Part shown: positions 1 through 12,300 of the stretch, piece after piece
How the letters are laid out: every line of letters starts with the position of its first letter
Position numbering within the stretch: position 1 is the stretch's first letter
Source: Balanoglossus misakiensis
Lineage: Eukaryota > Animalia > Hemichordata
NCBI GenBank assembly: GCA_040954595.2
Contig: CM082584.2
Span: 978,281-1,042,280 of the forward strand
Length of the DNA: 64,000 nt
Reading direction: 5' to 3'
The notes under the pieces: model-generated
What the model was told of the DNA's origin: nothing
Database searches by the model: none
What the model saw: the letters and a program-made list of their open reading frames with translations, nothing else
Program-made: the position numbers and the translations under genes

Positions 1-185
1 TTGTGTGCTGTCGAACGTTGATTCACTATATATCCACATGTACCGGGTGAATAACATAAACAGTGTCTTGTATCAAACATAATTAATGGAAAAAGGGCAG
101 CAAGAGAGATACTAAATCAACAGTAGTTTCTACGTTTTAGCTGTACATATTTCTGTTGACATTTCAGTTGTAGATAGTTACATAC

Positions 186-308
186 CTGTACAAGTTATTC
201 CATCACCAGTGAAACCAGTTTTGCAAGTGCATTCATATCCTGGTACAAGATTCCTGCAAGTGGCATTTGGGTGACAGTCATCCAGACCAAGACGACATTC
301 ATGTGCAT
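186..308 (-). CDS. Calcium-binding EGF exon (left arm)
   Basis: AG/GT-bounded; DAHECRLGLDDCHPNATCRNLVPGYECTCKTGFTGDGITCT. Confidence 0.85.
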
Positions 309-388
309 CTAGAAAACAAAAATTCTTGCAATGTCTTTAACTGACCACCAAATAAAACTATGGGATCTTCATACATATCACCAGTTAA

Positions 389-571
389 AGGTATACGGTC
401 ACCTATGGAAAATTAGCTATAGTTACCATGGCAAAAGGAGATCTAGCCAATCACAGATTTTCAGTGGGTGGCACATGCAAAAAAGAGCGCCACCATATGT
501 TCTTTAGAACTCTCATATACTCCATTTCAGCCATATATGGGCGTTTGTAAATTGGAGGTGACTGTATACCT
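389..571. mobile_element. TTAA-flanked MITE (Kolobok-like); mirror copy at 39499-39681
   Basis: TIR AGGTATAC(G/A)GTCACCT, 15/16 match; TTAA at 385-388 and 572-575. Confidence 0.8.
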
Positions 572-877
572 TTAAGTTAGATGACTACCCAGATGCAGTG
601 CATGGTTATCACATTCCATAGCCTAACATGTAGAATTCTGAGAAAACAGTATTACAATATTGTTATTTCCGTGAAATTTTCAGAAAAGGTGTTAAAAGAG
701 GAGCATTATTAAATTATATAAAAATATTGGATCACACAACATATCAAATGATACTCTAAATAAAGAGGAAAATTTCTTATAATGAAGTGTTTGTGTCAGA
801 TTGAACAGTTAAGGTTGATCTCCACAAGCACTTCATGCATGTTATCAGTTCTATGATTATGAAAAATTTATTCCTAC

Positions 878-1039
878 CATCACATTCTGTTTCATATAGG
901 GCACCCTCTCTGCCTGTAGTGTAGCCAGTTGGGCATGGTTGACAAGCATCCTGGTTGAATTCAAAGTTATATGTTCCAACAGGGCATTTCTCACATCTAT
1001 AGGACTCCTGATTCAAGTACCAACCAACATTGCAGGAAG
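878..1039 (-). CDS. Ephrin-receptor-like (GCC2/GCC3) Cys-rich repeat exon
   Basis: CEKCPVGTY..CQPCPTG..C; AG/GT-bounded, 162 nt. Confidence 0.85.
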
Positions 1040-1176
1040 CTGTAGATGGAATGGAAAAAGAGCATAGAATAAAATTGGAGGACTATCATTATTTTGAACA
1101 ACTGAGGCACAATAATACAACCTTCAGTTCAGTACAGTTGAGATACAACATGAAAAGTTGTATACATAATACTTAC

Positions 1177-1344
1177 AAACATTACAATCTTCACTTAAGG
1201 TTGAACCGACTGTTCTTGTGGTGAAGCCAAATGGGCACGGCATACAAGATGGCTGAAGTTCAGCATTTGATCGATAGGTTCCCATGGGACACGACTCACA
1301 AGACCCATTGACACTAAGTTGGACTCCCACTGATTTACATACCT
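1177..1344 (-). CDS. Ephrin-receptor-like Cys-rich repeat exon
   Basis: CESCPMGTY..CMPCPFG..C; AG/GT-bounded. Confidence 0.85.
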
Positions 1345-1588
1345 CTGTAATTGAGAAGATTAATTTTTTGATATTCACGATTATCTGCTTTTCACTCACG
1401 TGAATTTGTTAAACTGTTGAATATGTTACATATCTGGCGGTTCTAAAGTAAAAACCTACTCGGAAAAAAGTTTACTGGATGCCGAAATATTGCTTGCCTG
1501 TCACTTACAAATGATAACGCCATGGGTACGTCAAATGGCCAGATCATGTGATTGATAGTCAAGAATAGCAAATAACACAAGTACCTAC

Positions 1589-1750
1589 CCTGACATTGTG
1601 ACTCATCAGTAGCTCCTTCAACTAATGTAAGCATTCCCTTTGGGCAAGTATTACACACAAACTTTCCTTCTTCTGATTGCCAGAATCCAATGGGGCAGCT
1701 TTGGCACTGAGAAGTCCCGTTGTCAAAGTAGTGACCAACATCGCACCTCT
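1589..1750 (-). CDS. Ephrin-receptor-like Cys-rich repeat exon
   Basis: CQSCPIGFWQ..CNTCPKG..C; AG/GT-bounded. Confidence 0.85.
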
Positions 1751-1995
1751 CTGCAATAGACATCATTGTTGAAAAATTATTTTTTCAACCAAAGAGATGA
1801 ACATTCCAATTGTCATTCTTTCCATATTGGATCACACCACAATAATTTGATATATACGTCACAATTCCCGGCAAGGGGTATGGGGTTTTATCGGGCCAGT
1901 GGCATGAGTGAGGCTAGACGCTAGTTTTGGAATACGGCTAGATACTAGGCTATGGCTGTGGACGAGGAGGAGATATTGCCTTCTGTTATACATAC

Positions 1996-2157
1996 CAAAA
2001 CACTGCAAGATGGATAATGATCTCTTTCCCCTGGTGACTCCATTATTTGGACAGGCATTGCATGCTGTTTGTCCTTCAAGGGGTTGATAATATCCAATTG
2101 CACAAGGATGGCACTGACTCAGCTCAGTGTCATGGTACGACCCTTCAGGACACAATA
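1996..2157 (-). CDS. Ephrin-receptor-like Cys-rich repeat exon
   Basis: CPEGSY..CHPCAIGYYQ..CNACP; AG/GT-bounded. Confidence 0.85.
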
Positions 2158-2751
2158 CTGTGGAAATACAAAATGTTGAAGGCAGATGTATACATTGTTC
2201 ATGTACTGATCATTATGCATTAATGGTTTAAAACACAACTACAATTGTAACACACAGCATTCATTTTGGCCAGTTTTTCACTCTTGTGTCTACAAGTGGG
2301 ATTGCAGTTGTGTGTGGTTGAATGTTGATTCACTATATATCCACATGTAGAATAACATTAACTGTGTCTTCTATCAAACATAATTAATGGAAAAAGGGCA
2401 GCGAGAAAGAGACTTTGTCCCTCCTTGGTATGAGCATATCAAATCAATTATTTCCTTATATCACCTCTTGGTTGGGTTGTATTTACCACTCACACTTGTC
2501 TTTAATTTGTACACTGCGACTCACAACCACACTCGCAGCAATACGGCCCACCTAACAGGTCATATCAGGCGATATAAACATATTAACATCTACACCTTTT
2601 TATAATATTAATTTTGGACACAGTTTTAATCCTTTCACCACCATGGTTCAGTCCAAACCAATTGTTTTCTATGGTAAGGTTTGACCTCTATAGAGGAAAC
2701 TGGGAGTGAAAGGGTTAAAGTACATAACAACTGAGGAGTATAGGCACTCAC

Positions 2752-2900
2752 CACATTCTTCTCCAACAAGAACACTACCATTGGAACAGAATATTGTACT
2801 TTCAACTTGTAATGTCTCAGCGTCGACCGAATATTCAGCTGTATCAAAAGGACCATTCTTGACTGCATCTTCAATAACTACAACTGCAGCATCAGCAGAG
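2752..2900 (-). CDS. Linker exon (left arm)
   Basis: In phase with neighbours; SADAAVVVIEDAVKNG...CSNGSVLVGEEC. Confidence 0.75.
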
Positions 2901-2969
2901 CTAATGGATAAAACAACAGGCAAAAAATTCTTACATATGCCACATTACAATACCAACCAGAAGTGTGTA

Positions 2970-3177
2970 CTGTAAACTGAATTGTTTTCACGACAGGAAA
3001 TTTTCGCGATATTAAAAGAGGCGACTGTTACGTGAGGACGAATTTTCGAGTTCTCGTATTTCACTAACTGCATCATTATCTCCAAAAACATTTTACACAA
3101 CTTTTTATTTTAACGTTTTTTTGACCAGCACATGTTTTGCAGAAATTTACTGCTCGCGAAAATAACACGTTTTGCAG
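2970..3177. mobile_element. TA-flanked MITE; mirror copy at 36878-37085
   Basis: TA-CTGTAAA...TTTGCAG-TA with degenerate inverted ends. Confidence 0.6.
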
Positions 3178-3468
3178 TATATTTCGAATGCATGAATCTT
3201 TAGAATACAGGATGCCGCAACATGAAGGAAGGTGGGCAGAAATGATGGGGTTGCCAAAAACTGAAAATGTTTGAGTGTTAAGACACAAAATAATTTGTTT
3301 TCACTTGCATGAATGGAATATTTTGCAATAATGCAAACACCAGCTGTATAGGGAATACAGAGCTGGTCCTCACACAGCCTGGGATCAGTACCCTAGACAT
3401 GTCACCAAAGTCATTTCAATAGAACAGAAGGGGAATGAAATACTCGAAAAATAACAATTACTACTCAC

Positions 3469-3721
3469 GCATTGGTTGTGAAACTGAACTGAACCACAAG
3501 CTGAGTATCAGCCTGTCTCTTTCTTCGGTTTGAGGCGCCGCAGGTTATTTCAAGGTCATCAAAGTTGCATTCACCGCCACAAATACCAAACAAATCATTC
3601 AGATAGTTGATAGTGTTCATAAAACTGATCCTCAATTGCTGGATGACACCATTGTTACATGTACCAGCCTGTGAATTGTATGACACGCCACAATTCACTC
3701 CACGTTGAGTCTTCCCAGGAG
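3469..3721 (-). CDS. Exon with furin-type RRKR site (left arm)
   Basis: AG/GT-bounded; ...LEITCGASNRRKRQAD... Confidence 0.8.
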
Positions 3722-4124
3722 CTGCAGTAGAACAATACAAACAAACAAATTTTGTTAAAGATGCAATTTTCAATCTAGCGAACGATGTATTGACTTAGAC
3801 TGCGAAACCGCTTAGCCAATCAGGAAAGTTACAGCTGCTTACCCAGAACAAAATATTAAGAAAATAGCTCAAATGTACTGGAGCTTTATATTGGGGTAAG
3901 CAGATATGATGTTAACAAATTATCTACCTGTAATCACAACCTTGACATACTGTAAAGCAAGAATTTGCATTACTCATATTTCTCTTTTCATTTATAACTA
4001 AAAGAAAATTGTCTCAATGCTGGAATACCCCCTCTCACAACTCTCTCTCTTTGGAGAATTTTCTGAATGTGCATGTGCAACCTGATTATATTTCTTTACT
4101 GATACCAAATCATTTTTTTCTCAC

Positions 4125-4325
4125 CTGAACATCCAGGGAAGGTGAATTCCTCGTCTGGATTCTCAGGATTAAAAGATCCTTCACTATGGCAGAGATAGTA
4201 AGGTGCTGGCAGGCTTGCAAACTTGTATCCTGGTAAACAATCCACCTGACAGAACACACCCGACTCAAACTCATTACAGATGGAAATACCTTTAACTGGT
4301 GGTGCTGGCTTTTCACAATCAAATG
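4125..4325 (-). CDS. Sushi/CCP-like exon (left arm; frame intact, acceptor non-canonical)
   Basis: FDCEKPAPPVKGISIC..CQVDCLPGYKFASLPAPYYLC..FPGCS; 201 nt; preceded by TTTACAT. Confidence 0.7.
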
Positions 4326-5038
4326 ATGTAAAAGAAAGGAGAACACAGTTTATTTGTCTATATATATATTTTTAATTTTATTTCATCTATCATCCAACAG
4401 GCAAATACTACCCAAATGTCTGTGTCTCATATATCATCCAACAGGCAAATACTACCCAAATGTCCAGGTCTAGGTAACGAACCCACAACCCTAGCCACTA
4501 GGGCACAATGCCTCTTTTACCAGGTTCACACAGGGTAAAATTTGAGACACTATTTGCCAGTGCTAACCACAGAGCATTAATCCTTTGAGTCATGTTGTGT
4601 CCACACACACAAAGTTTATGTATGGGCGCTGAGGCTCGGCCCCATAGACAATGGGTTGCGGAGAGGTGTTAATCCTTACACCGGCTCAGGTCTGGCTGGC
4701 AGAGCCGTCTAAAATCTGAGACGTTTCAGGACCACTTACACCGTCCACACATGTTTTTTTTAAGACAGTATCAATTCTGAGATGCTTCAGAACTGTCTTA
4801 ATGGTGTATGTGTGACACCCATATTTATTACACAGTCAAATCTTTTAAACAGAACACCAACACATTAACATGTTTCTATGTAAAAGGGACTAGGAAAAGC
4901 TGTTGGTTGAAGAGAGGTTTCCCGATTAGACAGGGTTTGTTTTAGACGGGTTTGAGTGTCCTTGTATGTTCTGAATGATGTTGTTATAATTTTTGATAGT
5001 TACATAGGGACAAAAGTGATAATGATGCAATCATATTA

Positions 5039-5234
5039 CTGTAAAACGGCAAATTTTCCCAAACTTCGGCAAAAAAAAAGAAGAAAATAAAGTCGCATAA
5101 AATGTTTTTCAGAGATAACAGAGTACATGTAGTTAGTAAAATACTAGAATGCGGAAATTTAATTCTCGTGTCACAGTTGCCTCTTTTGATATATTGCAAA
5201 ATATTTTCTGTCACGAAAATGTCCCGTTTTACAG
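5039..5234. mobile_element. TA-flanked MITE; mirror copy at 34836-35025
   Basis: TA-CTGTAAAACGG...CCGTTTTACAG-TA. Confidence 0.7.
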
Positions 5235-5331
5235 TATGTGACAAGACATAACAAGGGGTAGAGATGACAATTTGTCAAGATATTAATTAATTTGTAAAGT
5301 TTATGTATGAATGATAAAAAAATTCACTCAC

Positions 5332-5427
5332 GCAGTACATAGAGTAAAAAGTAGCACTGTGCATTGTTGCCAGCTGTATCTGAAGCAACATAGCTGATCT
5401 GGTAGGTTCCCCAGGAAAAGGTGTCAC
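5332..5427 (-). CDS. HYR domain second exon (left arm)
   Basis: GDTFSWGTYQISYVASDTAGNNAQCYF. Confidence 0.8.
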
Positions 5428-6131
5428 CTGTAAGAACAAAATTATGCACATCATTACAGGCATGGGTGCTAAAGCCAAAATAGCTTCCGTTTCTTGAATG
5501 TTTTTCATGATTTTCTTTTCAAACTTAGAATGGTCCATTTAAGTGAGCTATCTGGTGGGTATACACAGGCATATTATCAACTCCTGATTGTGACTGTACA
5601 TATAAACATGAACAAGATATGTATACTAAACAGATATGGTGCCGCACACGTTTATTCAACTGCCCATTGTAAGAGAACACAACATTTGTGGTATGGGTAT
5701 CCCAAGTAGTAGTGGAGAATATTAAGTACTTTACTGATTAAAGGCCTTGCTCAACAGTTGGTCAAATCTTTTGTTTCCAATAAACAATTACGTGCAAACA
5801 CAAATGCTTTCGAGTTTTAACTTCATTGTACTGCCCTGGGATCGAGGAAAGGGCCTATAAACATATGGTAATAGTATCAGCAATTGAGGCTTTAATACTT
5901 GGAAGCAAGATCATCTGTCGCACATAGGATGTGCTAGCCATATATGAGTAACGGCCACAAGAATAAACTGTACCAGTATGCTTCATACTGACCATAATCT
6001 TAGGAAAGTTGTCTCAGCTTGTTGGTTTCTGTTTAGATCAACTCCCCACCCCACCCCGATATAAAAAACTTAGTTAGTGTGAATGTTATATATTATCTAT
6101 AATCAGAAATGATATTTTATAGGAAACTTAC

Positions 6132-6272
6132 CCATTGTGTAGGTTTGTGTCACATTGGCAATGGCGACATAATCTGTAAATATAGGCTCCTGCCATACTC
6201 CTGTTGTCAAGCTATTAGGACTAATTATACGGGTCGTATTGGGACAGTAAATGACTTCAGGAGCGTGTTTAT
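6132..6272 (-). CDS. HYR domain first exon (left arm)
   Basis: DKHAPEVIYCPN...VWQEPIFTD. Confidence 0.8.
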
Positions 6273-6571
6273 CTGAAGAAAAAAAAATGAAAGAATAACA
6301 AATGTTTGTAAATTAAACAACTGGTCCACACCCCCTATGCATACACTGGTACATTTAGGTAAATGCACTACTAGATGTTAATATCTGTCACATATTCATG
6401 AGAAATCCAGATATTGTTAAGTGCTTGTTTTCTGATACATGTGAATAGACTAGATCACTGTCAAGAAACACTACAAGATAGGACAGGAGTCATGAGATGG
6501 TATCCATAGGCATAATAACTGATATGATCAATTACACTCATGATAAGCCTAGTTCTTGGAACAGCAGAAAC

Positions 6572-6670
6572 TGATGATGATGATGGTGATGATGATGACG
6601 ATGATGATGATGATGGTGGTGGTGGTGGTGGTGATGATGATTATGATGATGATGATGGTGATGGTGGTTG
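6572..6670. repeat. (GAT/GGT)n microsatellite; mirror copy at about 33400-33498
   Basis: Directly visible; the source of the poly-His/poly-Met ORFs. Confidence 0.95.
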
Positions 6671-7010
6671 TGAATAGTATCATTACATTCAGTGTTAAAT
6701 ACATGTACGGTAGAAACAAAAAGAGTGAGCGATACAGGCATGGGCAGATGATGATTCCCTATACTTCCTAAAGTAGAGAGATTGCAGGCTGTGTGATTGG
6801 AGTACAACACACAGCAGCTAGGGGCTGGTGAATGTACACAGGAAAAACTACTCAAAATTTCACACAGTTTTCCCTGGACAGACACAACATTACAAGGAGA
6901 GCTGTGTTAAAGTAAGGATTTAGGATTAATCAACTCTGTGAATATGACCCAATTTCTCCTCGTCAGATTATGCATAAAATTGTTTGATAGTAATGAATAA
7001 GGCTATTTAC

Positions 7011-7294
7011 CAACAGGTGTGCATGGTGAACCAGAGTAACCAATTGGGCACCTGGTACTTCCACAAGCTGATGGCTGGATTTTGACCACACTACCCAATA
7101 ACTCTTGATCCATTTCAACCCACATGACATGATTGCCAAGTGGACTTTGTGAACAGTTCAAAGCCAGACTCTGGATTTCAACAGGAGTCAATACATAATC
7201 GTATACATTCATCTGTGTAACATCACCATGGAAGCTAAAATAGTAGTCAAGGAGTCCATTTTCGTCATAGCTTTGACCAAGAATTACCATACAG
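7011..7294 (-). CDS. Pentraxin C-terminal + EGF-like exon (left arm)
   Basis: VILGQSYD..FHGDVTQMNVYDYVL..EIQSLA..C..GNHVMW. Confidence 0.85.
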
Positions 7295-7697
7295 CTGTTG
7301 AAAAACAAGAGAATAATGAATTCATTAAAAGTGCTGGTAAGAAGTTGTCAAAAATAAACTGTGAAAATCAGTATCGTTCCGCATAAGTTTGAATTTGAAA
7401 GTGCCACGAAGATAGCTTTGCTGATGTCCATAGTTTGCTCCCTTGATTTTTTTGGCCAGTTTTGTTGTAAGTCGCAACATGTTATGATGATATTGTATTG
7501 TCATGTAGGAGTAAGACAAGCTACCTAGCAGATAAGTTATAAACAAGATAACTGCTTCACAAATAAATGGTTCACTTCTCTTGAGGCTTGGGAAAACTTG
7601 ACAGTATAGGAAAATATAGAATTTTAACATGTGATGATGACAATTTTCTATGGCTTTGTAGGAGTTAAAAATGTTCGGAGTTCCACTAGCAACTTAC

Positions 7698-7898
7698 TTT
7701 TCTGAGTCATCGATACCTGTCCAGGATGGAAGGGGTGATGTTACTGCAACACCATTCAAGTAAACTGCCACAATGCCTTCTTCAATTACCATGACAACAT
7801 TATGCCACGAGTTGTCATCTACTGATACGGTTACACCATTTGTACTGACAGATAGACTTCTGTCCAGGACAAGAAGGGTACTATCAACTTGGGTTAAG
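7698..7898 (-). CDS. Pentraxin/LamG exon (left arm)
   Basis: DNSWHNVVMV...VAVYLNG; AG/GT-bounded. Confidence 0.8.
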
Positions 7899-8137
7899 CT
7901 GCCAAGAAATTCAAAACAGAGATTAGACATAAATCGATGCATCAGCTGGTACTTTTGGGAAATTATCACACTTTTTTCAAACTGCACCACCTTTAGCCCA
8001 TACAGAAGTATGCACTGAACTATGTACAAGTATTATGAACCCTAAGTATGAGTGCATATGCAAGTTTAAACCAGACAAATAATAAATCTTCGCCGCAAAG
8101 GAATATGGTCGCCACCGTGAGAAAATGCAAAATACAA

Positions 8138-9345
8138 TTAAAGTTGCAAGCAGCGTTGGCGGGGCACAAGCGGTTCCCATGGTAACAAGCAAATGCCAAG
8201 GCTGTATCTGCTGTGGATACCAAGATATTGGAAAGTAGGTCAAAGGTCACCTGAGGTCACCCCAAATTTGGGCAAAAAAATCGGACCCCATACTAGTCTA
8301 GGTCCAACAAAAACCAAACACCTAGCTCTATTGGTTCGCCTAGAATTAGGTATGCGCATAATTAATGAGGTCTTGTGTAAGACTCCATATCTGCTCCATC
8401 GGCCCTCCAAAAGCCAGGACTCTAACTGCTGTGGATGCTGAGATATGGGAAATTAGATCAAAGGTCATCCAAGGTCATCAAAAATTTGGGCATAAAATGT
8501 TGACCCCAGAGTGGGCCATGTCCAACTAAAACCAGACCTCTAGCCCTATTGGTTAGCCTGGAATTAGATATGCAGAAAAATGATGTTTCAGAAATAGGTC
8601 AAGGGTCATTGCCAAAATTACCAAAATAGTTGTGTCATGTCCTGGCAGCATTGGTACCCATGTCCACAAAATTCATGACTGTGGTGCTTTTACAAGAGGA
8701 GGTATGGGGATATGCATATATAATTAGTTGTTTTAAAACTGGGTCAAAGGTCATGTCAAAATTGCCCCGAAAAATTGTAACAACTTCCGGTCATATGATG
8801 ACTCATATCCAAAAAAAGAATTTACGTGCTGTCAACATTTTGGCTACAAAACAGAATTTTCATTTTTCAATGGTTTTCCGAAAATCCAACATGGCCGCCA
8901 TAATGATCGACCAATCACAGTGCGCTTCGCAAACTTGATAAACATAGGTTAGGTGACCACATACCCCGAATCCTGTGACTCGGCAATCGCTGGTTCTGGA
9001 GAAGAAGATTTTTAAAGTTTTAAGTAGTTTTTCAGAAAATCAATTGTAGCAAAAAAACTTTATGTGTGACGTCATGATTTCAATGGGGTAAAATGATGGA
9101 CAGAAGGTAGGCTACCTGTACACCAAATTTGAACTCGATCGGCCCAGTAGTTTTTGAGAAGGACTCGTTTAACGATTGTCAGGAAATGCAATATGGCCGC
9201 CAGGTCACGTGACTAATTAAATATTCACGAGCCACTGCACGTCTACTCATTGGCCCCTATCACCCTACCAAGTTTCAGCCCCCAAGGTGCAGCGGTTTTC
9301 CAGATCTACCTGGCCGAATTTCTCGGAAGAAGAAGAAGAAGAAGA
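8138..9345 (-). mobile_element. Older non-autonomous Helentron/Helitron2-like host element; mirror copy at 28273-29446
   Basis: End motif TTAAAGTTGCAAGCAGC; shares internal AGGTCAAAGGTCA and ATGGCCGCC repeats with the stack; ends in a (GAA)n tract that received later insertions. Confidence 0.7.
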
Positions 9346-12300
9346 TTAAAGCTGCGAGCAGCATTGTCGGGCCCAAGCGCTGATCTTGAATTATATATGC
9401 ACAGTATGAATGAGAAGAAACAGAATTTTCTATCGGATGTATTATCTCATGACATAACAAGGATGTGTGTATTTTTGCTGCTTAAATAGGGTGAAGTAGG
9501 TCAAAGGTCACCTGAGGTCACCCAACATCTGGGCAATTTTTTTTTACCCATACTGGTCCATGTCCAACAAAAACCAAAACTCTAGCTCTTTTGGTTCGCC
9601 TGTAATTAGGTATGTGCATATTTAATGAGGGCAGCAGGTGTCACAGGTGACCCAAAAATGTGGCTTTACATTTTGGTCCCATCCTACCAAATGCCATGGC
9701 TGTATCTGTTCTGGATGCTGAGATATGCGAAAGTAGGTCAAAGGTCACCAGAGGTCACGCAACATTTGGGCAAAAAATTTTGATCCCATACTGGTCTGTG
9801 TCCAACAAAAACCAAACCTCTAGCTCTATTGGTTCGCCTGTAATTTGCTATGCACATAATTAATGAGGTCAGCAGAGGTCAAAGGGGTCATGAAAAGTAG
9901 CAAAATATTTTGATCACACACTAATCCACATTCATCAAAAACCAAACGTCTAGCCCTATAGGTTAGCCTGGAATTAGATATGCAGAAATAATAACGCGTG
10001 ATAAGTAGGTCAAAGGTCATGTGAAAAATCGCCAAAAAATTGTAACATATTTTAGTCACATGACGATTGATATCCATAAAAAGAATTTGTATGCTATCAA
10101 TTTTTAGACTAGAAAAAGGAATTTCAATTTTTCACTGCTTTTTACAAAATCCAATATGGCCGCCATAATCTTCGACCAATCACAATGCTCTTTGCAAACT
10201 TGATAGACATCAGTGTAGTGACCATACTCCCCGAATCTTGCGACTCAGTCATCGCCCGTTCTGGAGAGGAAGATTTTTGGAGTTTAACAATGGTTTTTCT
10301 AAAATCCAATATGGCCGCCATAATCTTCGACCAATCACAATGATCTTCGCAAACTTGATAGACATCAGTTAGGTGACCACATACCCCAAACCCCGTGTCT
10401 CGGTTATCACTGGTTCTGGAGAAGAAGATTTTTGAAATTTAAGCCAGATTTCAGAAAAAAAATTGTAGCAAAAAAACTGCAACATTGACAGCAAAATTTC
10501 CAATTACAAAAATGATGGGTAGAAGGTAGTCTACCTGCATGCCAAATTTGAAGTCGATCTGACATGTAGTTTCTGAGATCTGAGATTTGAATTTTTTCAG
10601 AAAATCCAATATGGCCGCCAGGTCACGTGACTAATTAATTATTCACAAGTCACTGCACATCTACTCATTGACCTTGACCACTGTATCAAGTTTGAGAAGT
10701 GTACCTGCAGTAGTTTCAGAGATCTCGTTGGCCGAAGAAATTGACACAAGAAAAAAGAAAGAAAGAATTAAAGCTGCAAGCAGCATTGTCGGGCCCAAGC
10801 GCTGATCTTGAATTATATATGCACAGTATGAATGAGAAGAAACAGAATTTTCTATCGGATGTATTATCTCATGACATAACAAGGATGTGTGTATTTTTGC
10901 TGCTGAAATAGGGTGAAGTAGGTCAAAGGTCACCTGAGGTCACCCACAATTTGGGCAATTTTTTTTACCCATACTGGTCCATGTCCAACAAAAACCAAAA
11001 GTCTAGCTCTATTGGTTCGCCTGTAATTAGGTATGTGCATATTTAATGAGGTCAGCAGGTGTCACAGGTGACCCAAAAATGTGGCTTTACATTTTGGTCC
11101 CATCCTACCAAATGCCATGGCTGTATCTGCTCTGGATGCTGAGATATGCGAAAGTAGGTCAAAGGTCACCAGAGGTCACCCAACATTTGGGCAAAAAATG
11201 TTGATCCCATACTGGTCCATGTCCAACAAAAACCAAACCTCTAGCTCTATTGGTTCGCCTGTAATTAGCTATGCACATAATTAATGAGGTCAGCAGAGGT
11301 CAAAGGGGTCATGAAAAGTAGCAAAATATTTTGATCACACACTAATCCACATTCATCAAAAACCAAACGTCTAGCCCTATAGGTTAGCCTGGAATTAAAT
11401 ATGCAGAAATAATAACGCGTGATAAGTAGGTCAAAGGTCATGTGAAAAATCGCCAAAAAATTGTAACATATTTTAGTCACATGACGATTGATATCCATAA
11501 AAAGAATTTGTATGCTATCAATTTTTAGACTAGAAAAAGGAATTTCAATTTTTCACTGCTTTTTACAAAATCCAATATGGCCGCCATAATTTTCGACCAA
11601 TCACAATGTTCTTTGCAAACTTGATAGACATCAGTGTAGTGACCATACTCCCCGAATCTTGCGACTCAGTTATTGCCTGTTCTGGAGAAGAAGATTTTTT
11701 GAGCTTTACTATGGTTTTTCGAAAATCCAATATGGCCGCCATAATCTTCGACCAATCACAATGATCTTCGCAAACTTGATAGACATCAGTTAGGTGACCA
11801 CATACCACAAACCGCGTGACTCGGTTATCGCCGGTTCTGGAGAAGAAGATTTTTGAAATTTTGACCAGATTTCAGAAAAACAACTGTAGCAAAAAAACTG
11901 CAACATTGACAGCAAAATATCCAATTACAAAAATGATGGGTAGAAGGTACACTACCTGCACGCCAAATCTGAAGTCGATCTGACTTGTAGTTTCTGAGAT
12001 CTGAGATTTGCATTTTTTCAGAAAATCCAATATGGCCGCCAGGTCACGTGACTAATTAAGTATTCACAAGTCACTGCACATCTACTTATTGACCTTGACC
12101 ACTGTAGCAAGTTTGAGCAGTGTACCTGCAGTAGTTTCAGAGATCTCGTTGGCCGAAGAATTGACACAAGAAAAAAGAAAGAAAGAAAGAAAGAATTAAA
12201 GCTGCAAGCAGCATTGTCCGGGCCCAAGCTCTATTATCTGATCTGATTATTAGATATGCACATAATTAATGAGTAGAAACATAATGCAGTGTTTTATCCC

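Larger units (their letters stand above)
186..7898 (-). pseudogene. Left-arm copy of the 3' part of an Uninflatable/SVEP1-like multidomain gene (continues beyond the window start)
   Basis: Exons in transcription order: 7698-7898, 7011-7294 (pentraxin/LamG + EGF-like), 6132-6272, 5332-5427 (HYR), 4125-4325 (sushi-like; acceptor reads AT not AG), 3469-3721 (RRKR), 2752-2900, 1996-2157, 1589-1750, 1177-1344, 878-1039 (Cys-rich ephrin-receptor-like repeats), 186-308 (Ca-binding EGF). No upstream coding exons were recognised. Confidence 0.7.

Noticed and set aside
6538-6885. Poly-His and poly-Met ORFs (also 33185-33532)
   Set aside because: Translations of an intronic trinucleotide microsatellite.
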